Shown here: piece by piece, positions 12,801 through 25,604 of the stretch
How positions within the stretch are numbered: position 1 is the stretch's first letter
How the letters are laid out: each line of letters starts with the position of its first letter
NCBI RefSeq assembly: GCF_002571385.2
Contig: NW_019218176.1
Location: forward strand, 1-64,000
From: Stylophora pistillata
Taxonomy: Eukaryota
Direction: 5' to 3'
Length of the DNA stretch: 64,000 bases
Translations under genes and position numbers: made by a program
The notes under the pieces: generated by a model
Told to the model about the DNA's origin: nothing
Database searches by the model: none
The model's input: only the letters and a program-made list of their open reading frames with translations

Positions 12801-13598
12801 ATGGTGGATATTGTGCTCATCTACGCTAACACATCTTCAGGGTCCTAAATTATTAGCATAGGAACTGCTTCTTTACTTATTACCTGGGCTGCCTGTTGAA
12901 ACGAATAACGAATTTTAATTATTGCCGTACATCTAGAAAAATACATTTTCGGTATGAAATCTTGCACTTAAGACAGACAAGTACTGTACTGACCGAGGGG
13001 AAGTGATTCCGTAAGTTTTGCATTGAAATCAATTGGTTTACGGTCAATTCGCCACCTCAACAAACTTGCCACCACAAAACTCGCCACCACTCGTAGTCAA
13101 ATCGTTACCAGTGGTGATTTGACTCAAACGTTACGTGTAACCTCTCGTGTGAAACTTTCATCAAATAAAAGCTAAGATGTACAAGTACATTGCGGAAAGG
13201 GAAAGGGATTCTGAAGTTAGGTTTAGCGTCTCAATAATGGAACGTCAAACGAAATAAAACATATTGATATCACAAAGATGATGATCAGTTTGCGAACAAC
13301 GACACCAGAGTGTTACTCACCGAGTGATTTTCGCTAAGTGAATTTAAGCCGATATAAATGAAATCGTCTGAAACTTACATCATAAAAATGCTAAAAAGTC
13401 GAATTGACGAATTGACTGGATAGCGTAAAATACTATATGTAAGTTTTTTACTTTTTTACGTTTGAACAATAATGAGAAATACTATGATTTTCTGTAAATA
13501 AAAAAATTGCCTTTTCTTTCATCGCAATCTTTTTTATAACCCACTAGTTTTTATTCTTAGGATTAGGGAATAACTTATTACTCATTGTGGAACAAAAA

Positions 13599-13895
13599 CT
13601 AGCAAAAACTAACGATAAAAACCGACGTTTCGGTGTCATCATGACGCCATTGTCAAGGAGAAATAAAAAATGAAGTTTGTGTCAAGGTGTAACACTAAAT
13701 TAGCATAAATATGTTACGAGTTAATTAAACAAATACTTTTACTTTTAATTAGCTCGTAACATATTTATGCTAATTTAGTGTTACACCTTGCTACAAACTT
13801 CATTTTTTATTTCTCCTTGACAATGGCGTCATGATGACACCGAAACGTCGGTTTTTATCGTTAGTTTTTGCTAGTCTTTGCATTTCTAAATCTTT
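13599..13895. mobile_element. Penelope-like element remnant: inverted pLTR pair (~130-bp arms) with a 15-bp target-site duplication
   Basis: Near-perfect inverted repeat 13598-~13727 / ~13744-13875. Flanking direct repeat ATTGTGGAACAAAAA at 13584-13598 and 13896-13910. Arms contain TTGACAA-stem-GAAACGTCGG, resembling Penelope pLTR hammerhead-like ends. Confidence 0.6.
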
Positions 13896-15119
13896 ATTGT
13901 GGAACAAAAAGACCTTAAAATAAATTAAAGATAATGACTTTCTTCTGTTTATGTGTTTCAAATATAAAAAGGCTGTAGTAAGTCGTGTAAAACGTTCTGG
14001 ATGGTATCTTGTCGCTTTCCGAGAAGATGGCTTCATCGAAGGCCTCATTATATCTACGATGCACATTTACCATGATTGACCGACATAATTGTTCATGTGC
14101 AATTTGAAGTGGAAGAGTGAAAACAATTTGGAGCGAAAAGAATTTGCTTTGACGTCTTCCGGATTGTCACGAGCGTCAAACTCAGCGGAAATTGGAGTTT
14201 CATATACATCAGCAATTTGTTGTTCGTCACAGATTTCGCGAATTTCTATAATTTTCGAGGTACTAGAGGTATGAACGAGCCTTGGCTTCATTTTTCTTTT
14301 TTTCTCTTTGCCACTGTCATAACCGCGAGCTTTCATCTTTCCGTTTAATTGGAAAACAAAACAAATTTTGCAATCCTTTCTTAACAAATGCGAGTTTACA
14401 TTTTCGTAGTTGTAATTTACAGTTTATCAAGGGAAATATCAACAATCTTTCTCACAAGTTAAAGATGAATATTTTATTTTAATTTTACCGTCTGTGGTTG
14501 AACTAGAATCAAAGTCTCATCTACATTTTTACGATCTCTTGTTTACTGAAAATTATCGTTATTTTTATGGCAACATTTACACTTTTCGTTAATAAAACTG
14601 TCAATGTTTACAATACTGGATCCAACAATGATTTCATTTTCCTTTTCATCTTCCAGTGAGTTGTTTAGGAAAGTTTTCGGTCATTTCATTTTATTAGGAA
14701 TCAAATTCAAGGCGAAACAAATCGTAGCGTTCAGAGGTATCCACTGAAATTTTTCGCGGGTCAAAGTAAGATCGACCGAATGCACTCGACGCGACCTTAT
14801 TGATGGGGTTTCGACTTCAACATCCTACTTTCGCTCGTTAAATAAACTTTTTTTGACCCCTTTCGGCAAGAATCCTGCCATCAGAACATTTTCCTACCTG
14901 CTTTCAAGAGGTAAACTTTCCAATTTTTGTTTCTCAAACAACCACTTCCGCTGGAAACAATAGAGGTGCCGGCAATTTTGAAACGTTCATGGCGGCCATG
15001 TTTGTTTACAACTCGCAGATCTGATCGCACGCGCTATCGCTTATTTCTCTCGCGAGTAATTAGCTTGCGTGTATGTTGCAATCCATTCTCCGCGCGGTAA
15101 AAAAAAAAACCCTTTCGAG

Positions 15120-18100
15120 CCTCTTTAAATTCTTTTTCTGTACTCGCAACAAGTGTCTCGAAATTGAAGCTTTTGCCGGGATGTGTTGGCTTTCCATCTG
15201 TAAACACAATCATGACATTCGGTTTGTCTGGTCTGTCTCCCCCTCCCTCGGTAAACAGCTCGTCTAATGCCATTTTTAAAGCCAGATCGGTGCGAGTTTG
15301 AAAATGCAGTTTTACAGGCTCATTGGCTATTCTCTACAAGAGAGCTTCTTTGTCATGGTATTTTGAATTCGCGAAGGAAAACGCCAGGTCCGCATTCTTG
15401 TTAAAAGTAATGAGACCGAAGTGACCTTCTTCCGGTGCCGGGTTAAATCTCCCCATGAGATCACATAAGAAGACGATAACCTTTTCCAAATTAGATTTTC
15501 CGACACTGTTGGATTTGTCGAGTACAATTCCTATGCCAAGTTCAGCTCTGCATAAAGGCCTGTGGAAAAGTAAATTATTGGTGATGATTAAGTTGCAATG
15601 ATTCATTCAACTCTCTATCTATTGTTGAACTATGCTCCATTCACGCACCTTGTCCGAGAAGCTTGGCAAGAGTTATGTTTTTATTTCTAGCTGTACTTCG
15701 TCTTTCAATTTATCATTACCAAATAATCGGTCCAAGGAAACTGATTGCATCGTTGTATGTATTATTTCTTGTGTGGTTTTGCGAACAAAGCCATAAAGTG
15801 GTAAGTTCAGAGCGCGGTAATAAAATAGAGAGAGATGTAAAAGAGATCAAGCAGAGTTTGGTATCTCCCTGATAAACCCTGAAAATAATTGAGTACAAAA
15901 ATAATAATTTTGTCTTCACCGAAACAGCGTCAGCGAGTCTTACTATGATTTAAATACTCACGACATATTCCTTCATCGCAAGGAACTGTTTTTGAGCTGG
16001 TCCCAGCTCACTGCAGTCTTTTCCACCGTGAGATGGCGGAGGATTGGTGCAGGTTCTTGTCAGTATTTTCGTCCCTTCTCCACATGTCACACTGCATTCA
16101 GACTCGGACCCGCACTCAGTGTAACCACCATCAGTTGCTATCACTGTGCTTTCACTGACTCACCGTTACCCATAAAATCTTAAAACCAGCCCTTCATTTC
16201 ACTTGCCTGGCTGGTCCGTTTAAATCATTTGTACTTGAGACATACACAGAGGATACACACAGAAATAAGATCGACACCATTTTCTTTGCACGTCACCATC
16301 AATTCTATTTGTTACTCCCCTTGCCTAGCAGTTTTCTGTTTTTAATGAGCTAACGAACATCTACAGCTTGTAGGCAACAATGTACCAATTCTCTCTGTGG
16401 TGTAATGGTACTTACCAGATTACTTACGTATGTATTTTCAGTGAACGAATAAGCTTTCTCAAATTCAATTATTTCCTTTTGTAAATCATCATCTTCCTCA
16501 TAAATGCAGAGTCACCAGTTTATGTTTTAAAACCCAATGATGTTTCAAGTAATTGTTATTTCCAACATAAATTGAGGAGTTTTTTCTGAGCTCACCACAG
16601 GTAGCTTCTAGAATATCTTCCAAATGTCCAGAGAGGTCGTCAAAATCAGGATACAGAAGCACTTTTCCATTCTTTCCTGTAATCTCTGACATTGTCTTCT
16701 TTACTTTAAAATTTTTTTTCCGACTCCAACGACAATTATGCTCACACCTTTCCTCTGTTTAAAAACAAGAGAATGAAACCTTATCCAGGTCACAAAATGC
16801 AATGCTCTTATATGAGGCTCATGTGCAAGTTGAAATCCTCGGGATAGTTCTTCACATGTTCTAAAGAAAGTTTACTAAGTTCCAAAAATATGTTTTTATG
16901 GCGGCTTTCTTCTTTCACGTCTACCTCTGAATATATAAATATTTCATTGCTGTCTGTGAATTTTGTTTCGCCCCTCATATAAATCACTGTGGTGCTCGGT
17001 TCAAATATAATGTTGATATTTTTACATTTTTATGATTTACTTTTAGTGCTTTCCGAATGGAAACACCAAATACATCCGAAAAATTACAGTTAAATGGAAA
17101 GGACTCAGGTTTGCTAATCCTGTACAAATCTTAGACGAGGGTAGGTTACAGGACCCACGTGCTTTCTATCACTACCTGAATAGGTGGTATATGAAGATGA
17201 AATCTACTTATTTTACCTCCAATACTCGGATGGAATGCCCAAACAGAATGTTAGGTCGTTTATCTCTCTTTGACGTATAAGGTTTCCCATCTGTAAACAT
17301 GATTATGAAGTTCTTAGCCTCTGGCCTGTCTCCTCCTTGTTCGGTAACCAACTTTTTGGCAGCAAGATCCATGGCAAGATCTGTTCGTGTTCCCCAGGCG
17401 TTAGTTCTCACGCGTAATGTCTTCTGAACAAAGCGTTTTAATTTGTCTTCTTCGTGATATGGTTTATCGTGGAAGTTGCTCTGAATAGCGACTTCCTTTG
17501 CAAACGTGATGATGGCAAAATGATTTCCTGAAAGGGAAACACCTTTCTTTTCCACCAGCCACAGGCTTACCATCTTACATATCCGTGGTTTCGGATTTCT
17601 ATGGTAATGGATCCTGTGGCATTTACATGGCCGTTATAAATGTAGTTCAAATATATTGCCTCTAGAATCTTTCGCTATTGGTCAGTCTTAAGAAGAAATC
17701 AGCTCCGAATAAAGCTTAATAGTTCATTACTTGTTTAGAAGTTTTTTTTTTTCTGCCAGAAAGCCTCAAAATCGTTCGTTTGGGGCTTTCAGAGTTCGGC
17801 AGTTACTTCGGCTCGCTCTCCATAGTTTAAAAATGCGAAAAGGCAGGCAGCTTACGCATCCAGATCGCACACCACTTTGTACTCGAGACAAAAATGTTTT
17901 ACCTTCTAGGTCTCATTTTCCCCCCGAAATTCAACAGGCTACTGAAGGATTATTCAGCTGTTACGGTGACTCGGTTTTGAATCATTCCATTCAACGGTTT
18001 ACGAGAAAATGGAACGCAAATTCGTAGATTTGGAACTCTTTTAGGGATCCGGACGTTAGGGGCACTCAAAGGAATTCCAAACATGCGTTTCGATAATTCT

Positions 18101-18730
18101 TCTGTGGCCTGTTGAATTTCGGGGGGAAAATAAGACCTAGAAGGTAAAACATTTTTGTTTCGAGTACGAGGTGGTGTGCGATCTGGATGCCTAAGCTGCC
18201 TGCCTTGTCGCATTTTTAAACTATGGAGAGCGAGCCGAATTAACCGCCGAACTTTGAAAGCCCCAAACGAGCGATTTTGAGGCTTTCTGGTAGAAAAAAA
18301 CACTTTCAAACAAGTAATAGTAATGAACTAGTAAGCTTTATTCGGAGCTGATTTTTTTAAGACTGACTACTAGCGAAAGATTCTAGAGGCAATATATTTG
18401 AACTACATTTATAACGGCCATGTAAATGCCCCAGGACCCATTACCATAGAAACCCGAAAACACAGATATTTAAGATGGTAAGACTGTGCACCAGCTCATC
18501 GATCAGCTTTATCTTTTTACTTCGCTGCCGCTTGCCTGTACTTCTTGAAATGCCTTCCAGTATCGCGATATCCAATTTTTGATCAGGACAGTTACCTAAC
18601 GATAGATAGTATCAGTTTTATCAATGATTTATCTCTGACATGCCGGGTCTAAATGCATACTTACTTCTACAGATAGATTAACTCGTTGTCCAGGATGCTG
18701 TGAGGAACAGGACTAAAGACTTTTGCTGGC
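15120..18730 (-). pseudogene. Coadhesin-like vWA-TSP1-vWA extracellular matrix gene, pseudogenised
   Basis: vWA1 exon is 18595-18489 plus 17559-17217, split by a transposon (LDIAIL...HFAIITFA...TRTDLAM...DRPEAKNFIIMFTDGKP). Exon 16754-16596 (RKGVSIIVVGVG) is frameshifted. TSP1 exon 16137-15962 (CSVTCGEG...[13 protein letters not shown]) is frameshifted. vWA2 exon starts at 15559 (IVLDKSNS) and has an in-frame TAG at 15334-15336. Confidence 0.75.
17560..18488. mobile_element. Non-autonomous foldback DNA transposon with ~390-bp TIRs and a 7-bp TSD (P/Galileo-like signature)
   Basis: Ends CACAGGCTTACCATCTT / AAGATGGTAAGACTGTG. Long inverted arms ~17560-17950 and ~18100-18488. CACCAGC is duplicated at 17553-17559 and 18489-18495. 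Confidence 0.8.
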
Positions 18731-20169
18731 CTTAAGCAAAATACCTGGTATATTGGTTCTATTGGTGTCCTATTTATATCTCTTTATGCATCAGAGATCG
18801 GTAATGTGCCCGATATTCTCTAATGTTGAAGCTAGTTATCTTCATCGCGCGCAGTCAACCTGATAACATTTACAGATAACAATATGTTCATGGAAACCGG
18901 CTGTATCAAAGACTCAGCAAAGCGAATCTTCACAGATGTAACTGTCCTTCAAAATTACAGCATGATGGTCACTGAAGGAAAAAAGTGCACGTTTCTCGTA
19001 GTCTGTTTTCAGCCACTGCATCACGCACAGATTTCCATGATGGGTTCAATATATTGACTTTTGCCTTCATTTCCCTTACTTAATTCAAAAGAGTAAATTT
19101 TCCCCAGGAATTTGAAATACATGTAAACCAACTTTAGTGTTCTCGTTTCAAAGACACCATTATGGCGGATTGTAAACAGCTAATGAGATATTCTTATTTA
19201 CTGCATGGTGCATTGAATTCGATTACCAAGGAAAGCCCCTTTTGCACAAGAATGGTGTCTTCTATACGAAAAAACAACTGGTTCACACTTTTAGCTGTGC
19301 ATATATCAAGGAATGGATGTTAGAGTTGCTGTCAGTTGTTTGTCAGCTATCATGCACATCAACAGCAAAGTCATCCACAACTGAGTTGCACATTTAAATA
19401 TTGTTCATATTACATTGTTCGAATTCGTATCTTGCTTACGTCATATCCCACATGGCACTCGCTGCAGTAATTTAATGTAGGAATTTTTGGGTACTAGGGA
19501 GAGGCCGTTTGGTGATATTACAGATTTCTCGATTTCAAATTTGAAGTTTGGGGTGCAAGTCGTTCATTAGCCAATGGAAGTCGTTTGCCATTTGTTCGTG
19601 AGCTATCTATCTATGTTTTTAAAATCTGCAAAGGGCAATACAACCCATCTCGGCAGATATACCCACCCATCCCATCCCAGGGAAGGACATCCACCACACA
19701 GTAATATCGTGCGTGGGAAATTAACGTCTTCTACCCCTAACCCTGCAGGAGACGTGGCCTACGGTTTATTCGTCCTTATCCGAGAAGACTAGAATATCTA
19801 TCCATTTCTTGATATCATATAACAGGAGGCAGTTAGAGCTGTGTTTTCAATCTGTTCGCGAAAGATATAGCTAAAATGCCAGAGATGTTAGAACCCACCG
19901 AGTAGCCTTCTGCTCAGCAAAATATTTGGTTTACAAAGGTGAGGTACATATTGGAAATATCTTGAACATGATTGTGAAAAGGTCCGTGCCGTATTAGTTG
20001 GAGAGATGTAAAATAGGGTTAGTTCTTGATTCTTTCGACAATGTTATCGATATGGCTCATTGGATGTATATCATTATTAGGATGTTACATCGAAGCCTAA
20101 AGAATACAATACTATCTGTGGGATTTGTATCCAGCTGGTTTGCATTAAACGAGGCTTTACTCGAGGTGT

Positions 20170-21720
20170 GCTGGGACGGTGACAATGATAGCGAAAGTGA
20201 CAGAGACAGGGACAGAGACAGAGACAGAGACAGTTATAGGAAGTGACAGAGACAGTTATAGGAAGTGACAGAGACAGTGACAGTGACAGTGAAAGTGAAA
20301 GAGACGGTAACAATGCCAGAAAACATTACAGTAACAGCCAAAGTATCAGCGAAAAATTTAGGGACAGAGAAGTGACAAAGAAACTATTAGTTACATTGTC
20401 AATAACAGTGACACTGATACTGCCAGTTACAGTGAAAGACAGAGGAAATTATCACAGACATTTTATAAAAGAAAGGGACAGGGAGAATAACAGTAACTTA
20501 CAGTGACTTTGAAAGGGACGGTGACAATTAAGTAAACATCGACAGGGTCAGTTACAATGACAGAAACACTTAAAATGACAGAAAAAGTGACGGTAGGAGG
20601 AAGATTGACAATGACAGCTGCAGAATCAGGTAAAGTAAAATTGAAAATGACAATGAAAGTGACATAAATAGTAACACTGATGAACACAAACAGTGACTGA
20701 GACAGAAACGGTGACAGTGATAAACACAGTCATGATGTAGTGACAGAAACAATGACGGAGACGATGACTAAGAAAGAGTGCCACTGACAGTGACAGAGAC
20801 AATGAAGTCACATTGACACTGACAGTGAAAGACACATAGACAGAGACAGTGACAGAGATGAAGCATTGACACTGACAGTGAAAGACACATAGACAAAGAC
20901 AGTGACAGAGACAATGAAGTCACATTGACACTGATAGTGAAAGACACATAGACAAAGACAGTGACAGAGATGAAGCATTGACACTGACAGTGAAAGACAC
21001 AGACAAAGACAGTGACAGAGACAATGAAGTCACATTGACACTGACAGTGAAAGACACATAGACAAAGACAGTGACAGAGATGAAGCATATGATAATGGGA
21101 GTTAGAGTGACTGACCCTTTTAGAGTGACAGAGAAAAAAAAAAGAGAGTGACGATAAAGTGACGGTCACTCTGAGAGTGACAGCGCAACTTTCAGTGGGA
21201 GAGAGTGAAAAAGAGAGAAATGGTAACAGAGACGGCTAAGGTGACGATGGCAGTGTCAGCAAAAAAGATAGTAAAATAGACAGTGACAGAGAGTGACTGT
21301 AACCCTGACAATAACAGTGACGGAGAGAGAGAGAGAGTAAAGAATAACTTGATCATAATAGTGAGATAGACAGTAACGATAAATACAGTGACAGCTGGTG
21401 ACAAAGGCTGAGACAGCGACACTAGAACGAGAGAGAAAGGGAGAGTGACATTAAAAGAGACGGTGACACTGACAATGGCAGAGACGGTAAGAGTGACAGT
21501 GACCGTGGCACAGACGGTGACAATGAAGTGTCAACTTGAAGTGTGGGACAGACTCAGTGGGAAATAAGAGAGAGAGAGTGAGTGACAGATGCAATGAAAG
21601 AGACAGTGACAGAGACAACGAGGAAGATACTCGAAAGAGAAATCGAATAGGAAAAAGTTAGCCATAGTTGCATGAAGTGATAGTGACTGAGAAAAGGACA
21701 GTAACAGTGACAGTGATAGT
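20170..21720 (+). repeat. GACAGT/GACAGA-rich low-complexity tract with an internal ~110-112-bp minisatellite (20780-21085)
   Basis: Dense GTGACAG/GACAGA motifs; AATGAAGTCACATTGACACTGA recurs at 20801, 20913 and 21023. Confidence 0.85.
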
Positions 21721-21772
21721 TTCTGAGTAAGTAGACAACGAAGCTCATTCAGGTAGTTCGGGTCCTTCTAAT

Positions 21773-22500
21773 ATGTCTAACTCTTTACCAGCTGAAAGTG
21801 GTTTCAAAATGGCCTGTTTGAACATTAGCAGTCTTGTCAAACATGTTGACGAACTTAGAGTCTTTCTTGTCGAGTTTTCATTTGATATTTTGGCAGTTAA
21901 TGAAACCAAACTTGACGAATCCATAAAAAGTGTCGAACTCCATATACCTTGCTATGAATTTATCCGTCGTGACAGAAATAGACATAATGGAGGGGTAAGT
22001 TTTTACTTTAAGTCCTCTAATTCTTATATTGTGCATTCCGAGCAAACGCGATTGGTCTTAAAAATTTAACTATAGAAATTCGTAAACCGAACTCTAAGCC
22101 ATTTCTAGTAGTGACATGGTACAGACCTCCCTGTTCTCCAACCGATTTATTTTGGAGTTATCAGTCATTTATAGGCAATTAGATTCTCTCGACCTAGAGT
22201 ACTATTTGTTAGGTGAATTAAACTGTAATTTGGCTTCTCCTACACCTGATACAAACACTCCTCGTTTACTCGAGATTTCGGATTTATATGGGCTCAAACA
22301 ATCAAAAATGAATCAACTCGTAGTACAGAATCCTCATCTACACTAATTGAATTGACTTACACATCTTATGCAGAGAGGGTAGGCTGTTCCGGTGTATTCC
22401 ATATCAGAGATCATAGCCTTGTTTATGAATATCGGAAAATATTTACCGTCTAATGGACACGTCCATCTCTTACAGAAATTTTCGAAATTTTGATCGTGAA
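21773..22500 (+). mobile_element. CR1/L2-type LINE AP-endonuclease fragment, degenerate
   Basis: LNISSLVKHVDELR...AVNETKLD...RRDRNRHNGGV...WYRPP...LLGELNCN...DHSLVY motifs, with frameshifts. Confidence 0.75.
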
Positions 22501-22569
22501 AACTAATGGTTAGTTCTCAGAAAGGGGACAGCAAGTTTGTTTACCGAGTCCCTCAGAGAATAGTTTGAT

Positions 22570-23700
22570 TCGTTTCGCTTTATAAATTCAGACGTGAGAT
22601 ATTCGGGAACCAGCCCGTTTAAAGACTCAAAGCTTTCTGAATTTGACGTTGAGATTTCAAGTCTTTCCAGATGAGTTTGTGAAACAAGGAATCGACATCT
22701 ACGTCATAGTTTGATGAGGTTATTACTCTTGTAGCATAGTTTTGTAGTTTTTGTAGCTTGTTAGATAATTTTTTGCCACAATTACTCTAGACTAGACTGC
22801 GGTAATCAAAGTGAGATTGAACTAGTGAGTTGTATATGTTGAGTAGGGTGGACTGAGGCACAAATGGCTTAACTCACTTTATGGCTCCAATTTCAGAAGC
22901 GATCTTTTTACGCTGTTTATCAATGTGAAAATGCCACGTTAAATTTTCATCAATATGTATTCCAAGTGATTACACAGAGGAAACTTCTTCACTCGGATGA
23001 TTATCAATGGAGAGTTCGAGCGTATCAGATAGAGTACTTAATCTTTGCCTGGAGACGATCAACATAAATTTAGTTTCTGTAGCATTAACGTTCAAGGCAA
23101 GTCTATTAGACACAAGTAATTTGCTTAACTTTTCAAGGTCGTGAGATGACTAGACTGAATGAGATGCAAATCAGAACCAGCATAAGTAATGGAGGTGTCA
23201 TCAGCATACATTCTAGAAGTGCTGAAAGAAAGACAATCAGCAAATTGTCAATATAATTAGAAATAAAAGAGGGCCAATGACCGTTCCCAGTGGCACACCT
23301 CATTTAAAAGTGTTGAGGTCAGAGAGACAACCATTAACTGCGCATCGTAGTGTGCGATTCGTCAAAAACGATTTGAACGACTTAAACTAATCAAGAGTTT
23401 TACCTTGAATTCCAAAGCGATTCGTTTTAGTAAGTAATATCTCATGATGGACAGTGTCGAATGGCTTTTTAAGTCGAGAAACACTACGGCATTGACGTAG
23501 CCACGATCGGTATTAAACGCCCAACTGTCAGTGGCCTCTAGTAGTGCAGTAACAGTTGAGTGTAGAGACCGGAAACCAGATTGTTTTTTAGGGATAATTT
23601 TTTCACTGTATAAGAATTTGAAGAACTAATCGTACACAATCCTCTCGAACGCTTCGGCGACTACGGAATGACTGAGATAGGTCAGTAGTTGTTTAAATAA
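22570..23700 (-). mobile_element. CR1/L2-type LINE reverse-transcriptase fragment, degenerate
   Basis: Minus strand reads QSGFRSLHSTVTALLEATDSW, then GVPLGTVIGPLLFLI and MYADDT, with stops and frameshifts. Confidence 0.75.
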
Positions 23701-25604
23701 GAAAGGAAGATTCCCAAGCTATGGTAAGAATTACAGTTCCTTCTCTCATACATTCTTAATCATTAATAAAAGTCCAGACTGAGAACCCAATGGGCCACCC
23801 TTGGCAATATTCCATGAAGTCTTTATGTTGAAATTTTCACAACCGGTTCGCTGAGTTCGCGACCCATGGACTGAAGCCTTTTCATCGTGGGTTCTTACTA
23901 TGTCTCAGTCTATTAGTAATCATGTTTTCTGTTATAAAAAAGAAATGTTTTTGGAAGTTCTGGTGTCCTTTGAGAAGTCTTGTCGTATCAGCGTTCGCTT
24001 TAGCTAATGATAACGGGTGCGAATTGATGTGTGGGTCGGGTAAGAACGACACAAACTGGGTACGAATCGTCTGAGTACGAAACGTCCATGGGTATGAAAC
24101 GACTGAATACCCTATTTGCATCACCATCTTTAAGTAAAATTTAGCCCCACAATTAATATTAACAAATCTCCACAGTGGTTAAGGTTTGTTGTCGAAATTT
24201 TATCCCCGCAGTATTTTCGAGTCTTTTCAAGCAAGGAGAGGCAGACGTTGACTAAAACTGAGTTCAATTATTGTTTGTTCCATCACATATATAAATGTGA
24301 GACTAGAAAGAAGTTACTGCCCGGGGCTGTAGAAAGGGGGAAGGGGGTGGGCAAGCACCCGAGGTACACATTTGGAGCTCCCTTTCGCAGGCAAGACTCT
24401 CTCCGGCTGTCGCTCAGCACATTTAAACAAGAAAGTTGGAGTTTCCCAGTCACATAAAAAACTATAAAGAATCACTAGGGGAAAATTAGTCTTGAATTTT
24501 CTTTCCTGAAAGACCAACATTTTCATTGTAATGAAATAAAATTTAAGTTCAAAATGTTCGCTCAACACTTCACCAAAAACAAGCCAGGTGGGGTCATTGT
24601 TTGACCTCGGAATGTCATCTGCGAGGAAAGCCCGGCAAGGATATGTATATTTGGAATGGCTTAATAATAGTAATACAACACTGTGAAAAGTGTCATACGA
24701 TATGCCTCTTTTATTGCAGATATTATATAGAGTGTTTAACATTATTTTAAAAAAAATCTTAGTGTGTTTCCACAATGTACAGGAAAAAACGCTCGTCCTT
24801 GCTCGGACAAAATCTCCATTTTTAAATAGGCGGACCATTTAATCATGACAAAGGTGTTCCTATCAGCTCCAACACTTCTGAATAGCGCTTTTAGTTTCTT
24901 GTACGAGTCGAAAACAAAAGGAAAACGATTAATTTGATTTAAGTAACACTCTATTGAGATGGTTCTCTCCGTTTATGAAAAAGCTTTTTAACAACAGCAA
25001 AACAGTTATGTTAAATACGTCAGTAACAATGTACTTGGTTGTTTTCCGATACCAACGACACAAAATTTAAAGAATTTACGACTCATGCAATATTACATTA
25101 CAAGATATGTCACCCAATAAATGATCTTGTCGATAAATGACACTTAATTGAAAGGTAAATATATTAGTTGTAGTTTATGCTCCATGACTAAATCAATACT
25201 AAACTACTAAATATCTTGATAAGTCTTTATCACCAACAGGGGATACTTCATTAGAATAATTGCTGACAAATCTTTCTATTGTTTCACGTACAACAGGAGT
25301 AAATAGTTTGTCTGATACAGAAATCTACATAAACGAGCTGTTTTCTAATTTATTATTCCTCTCTTTTTTAATCCTAACTTAATCAGCTGAGTCGAAATTG
25401 AGTTGCTTATCAATTGCAACTTAAGAAAAAACTGACATAAACGTTTGCTATTAAGGACACAGCTTTCATTTATTCTAACGCGATGAAACCCTTGAATTAT
25501 CACAGTTATAATCAATACACATTTTCTAGTACTTGATTTACTACAAAGTGTCTGAAATGTACCCTAGCGGCCGGGTTCCTAAGCAGTATTCAAAATGGCA
25601 GCGT

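Noticed and set aside
13020-13420. Possible MITE with C(G/A)GTCAATTCG ends; similar short repeat ends at 3810-3930 and 24050-24110
   Set aside because: TIRs are short or only one end is visible, and no TSD could be established.
13930-14387. Two abutting minus-strand ORFs that look mildly coding
   Set aside because: No recognisable domain, an internal stop, and no supported splice structure.
17731-18309. Similar ORFs on opposite strands
   Set aside because: Mirror translations of the foldback TIRs.
19998-21748. Many SLSL/CLCH/DRDR ORFs
   Set aside because: Low-complexity repeat translations.
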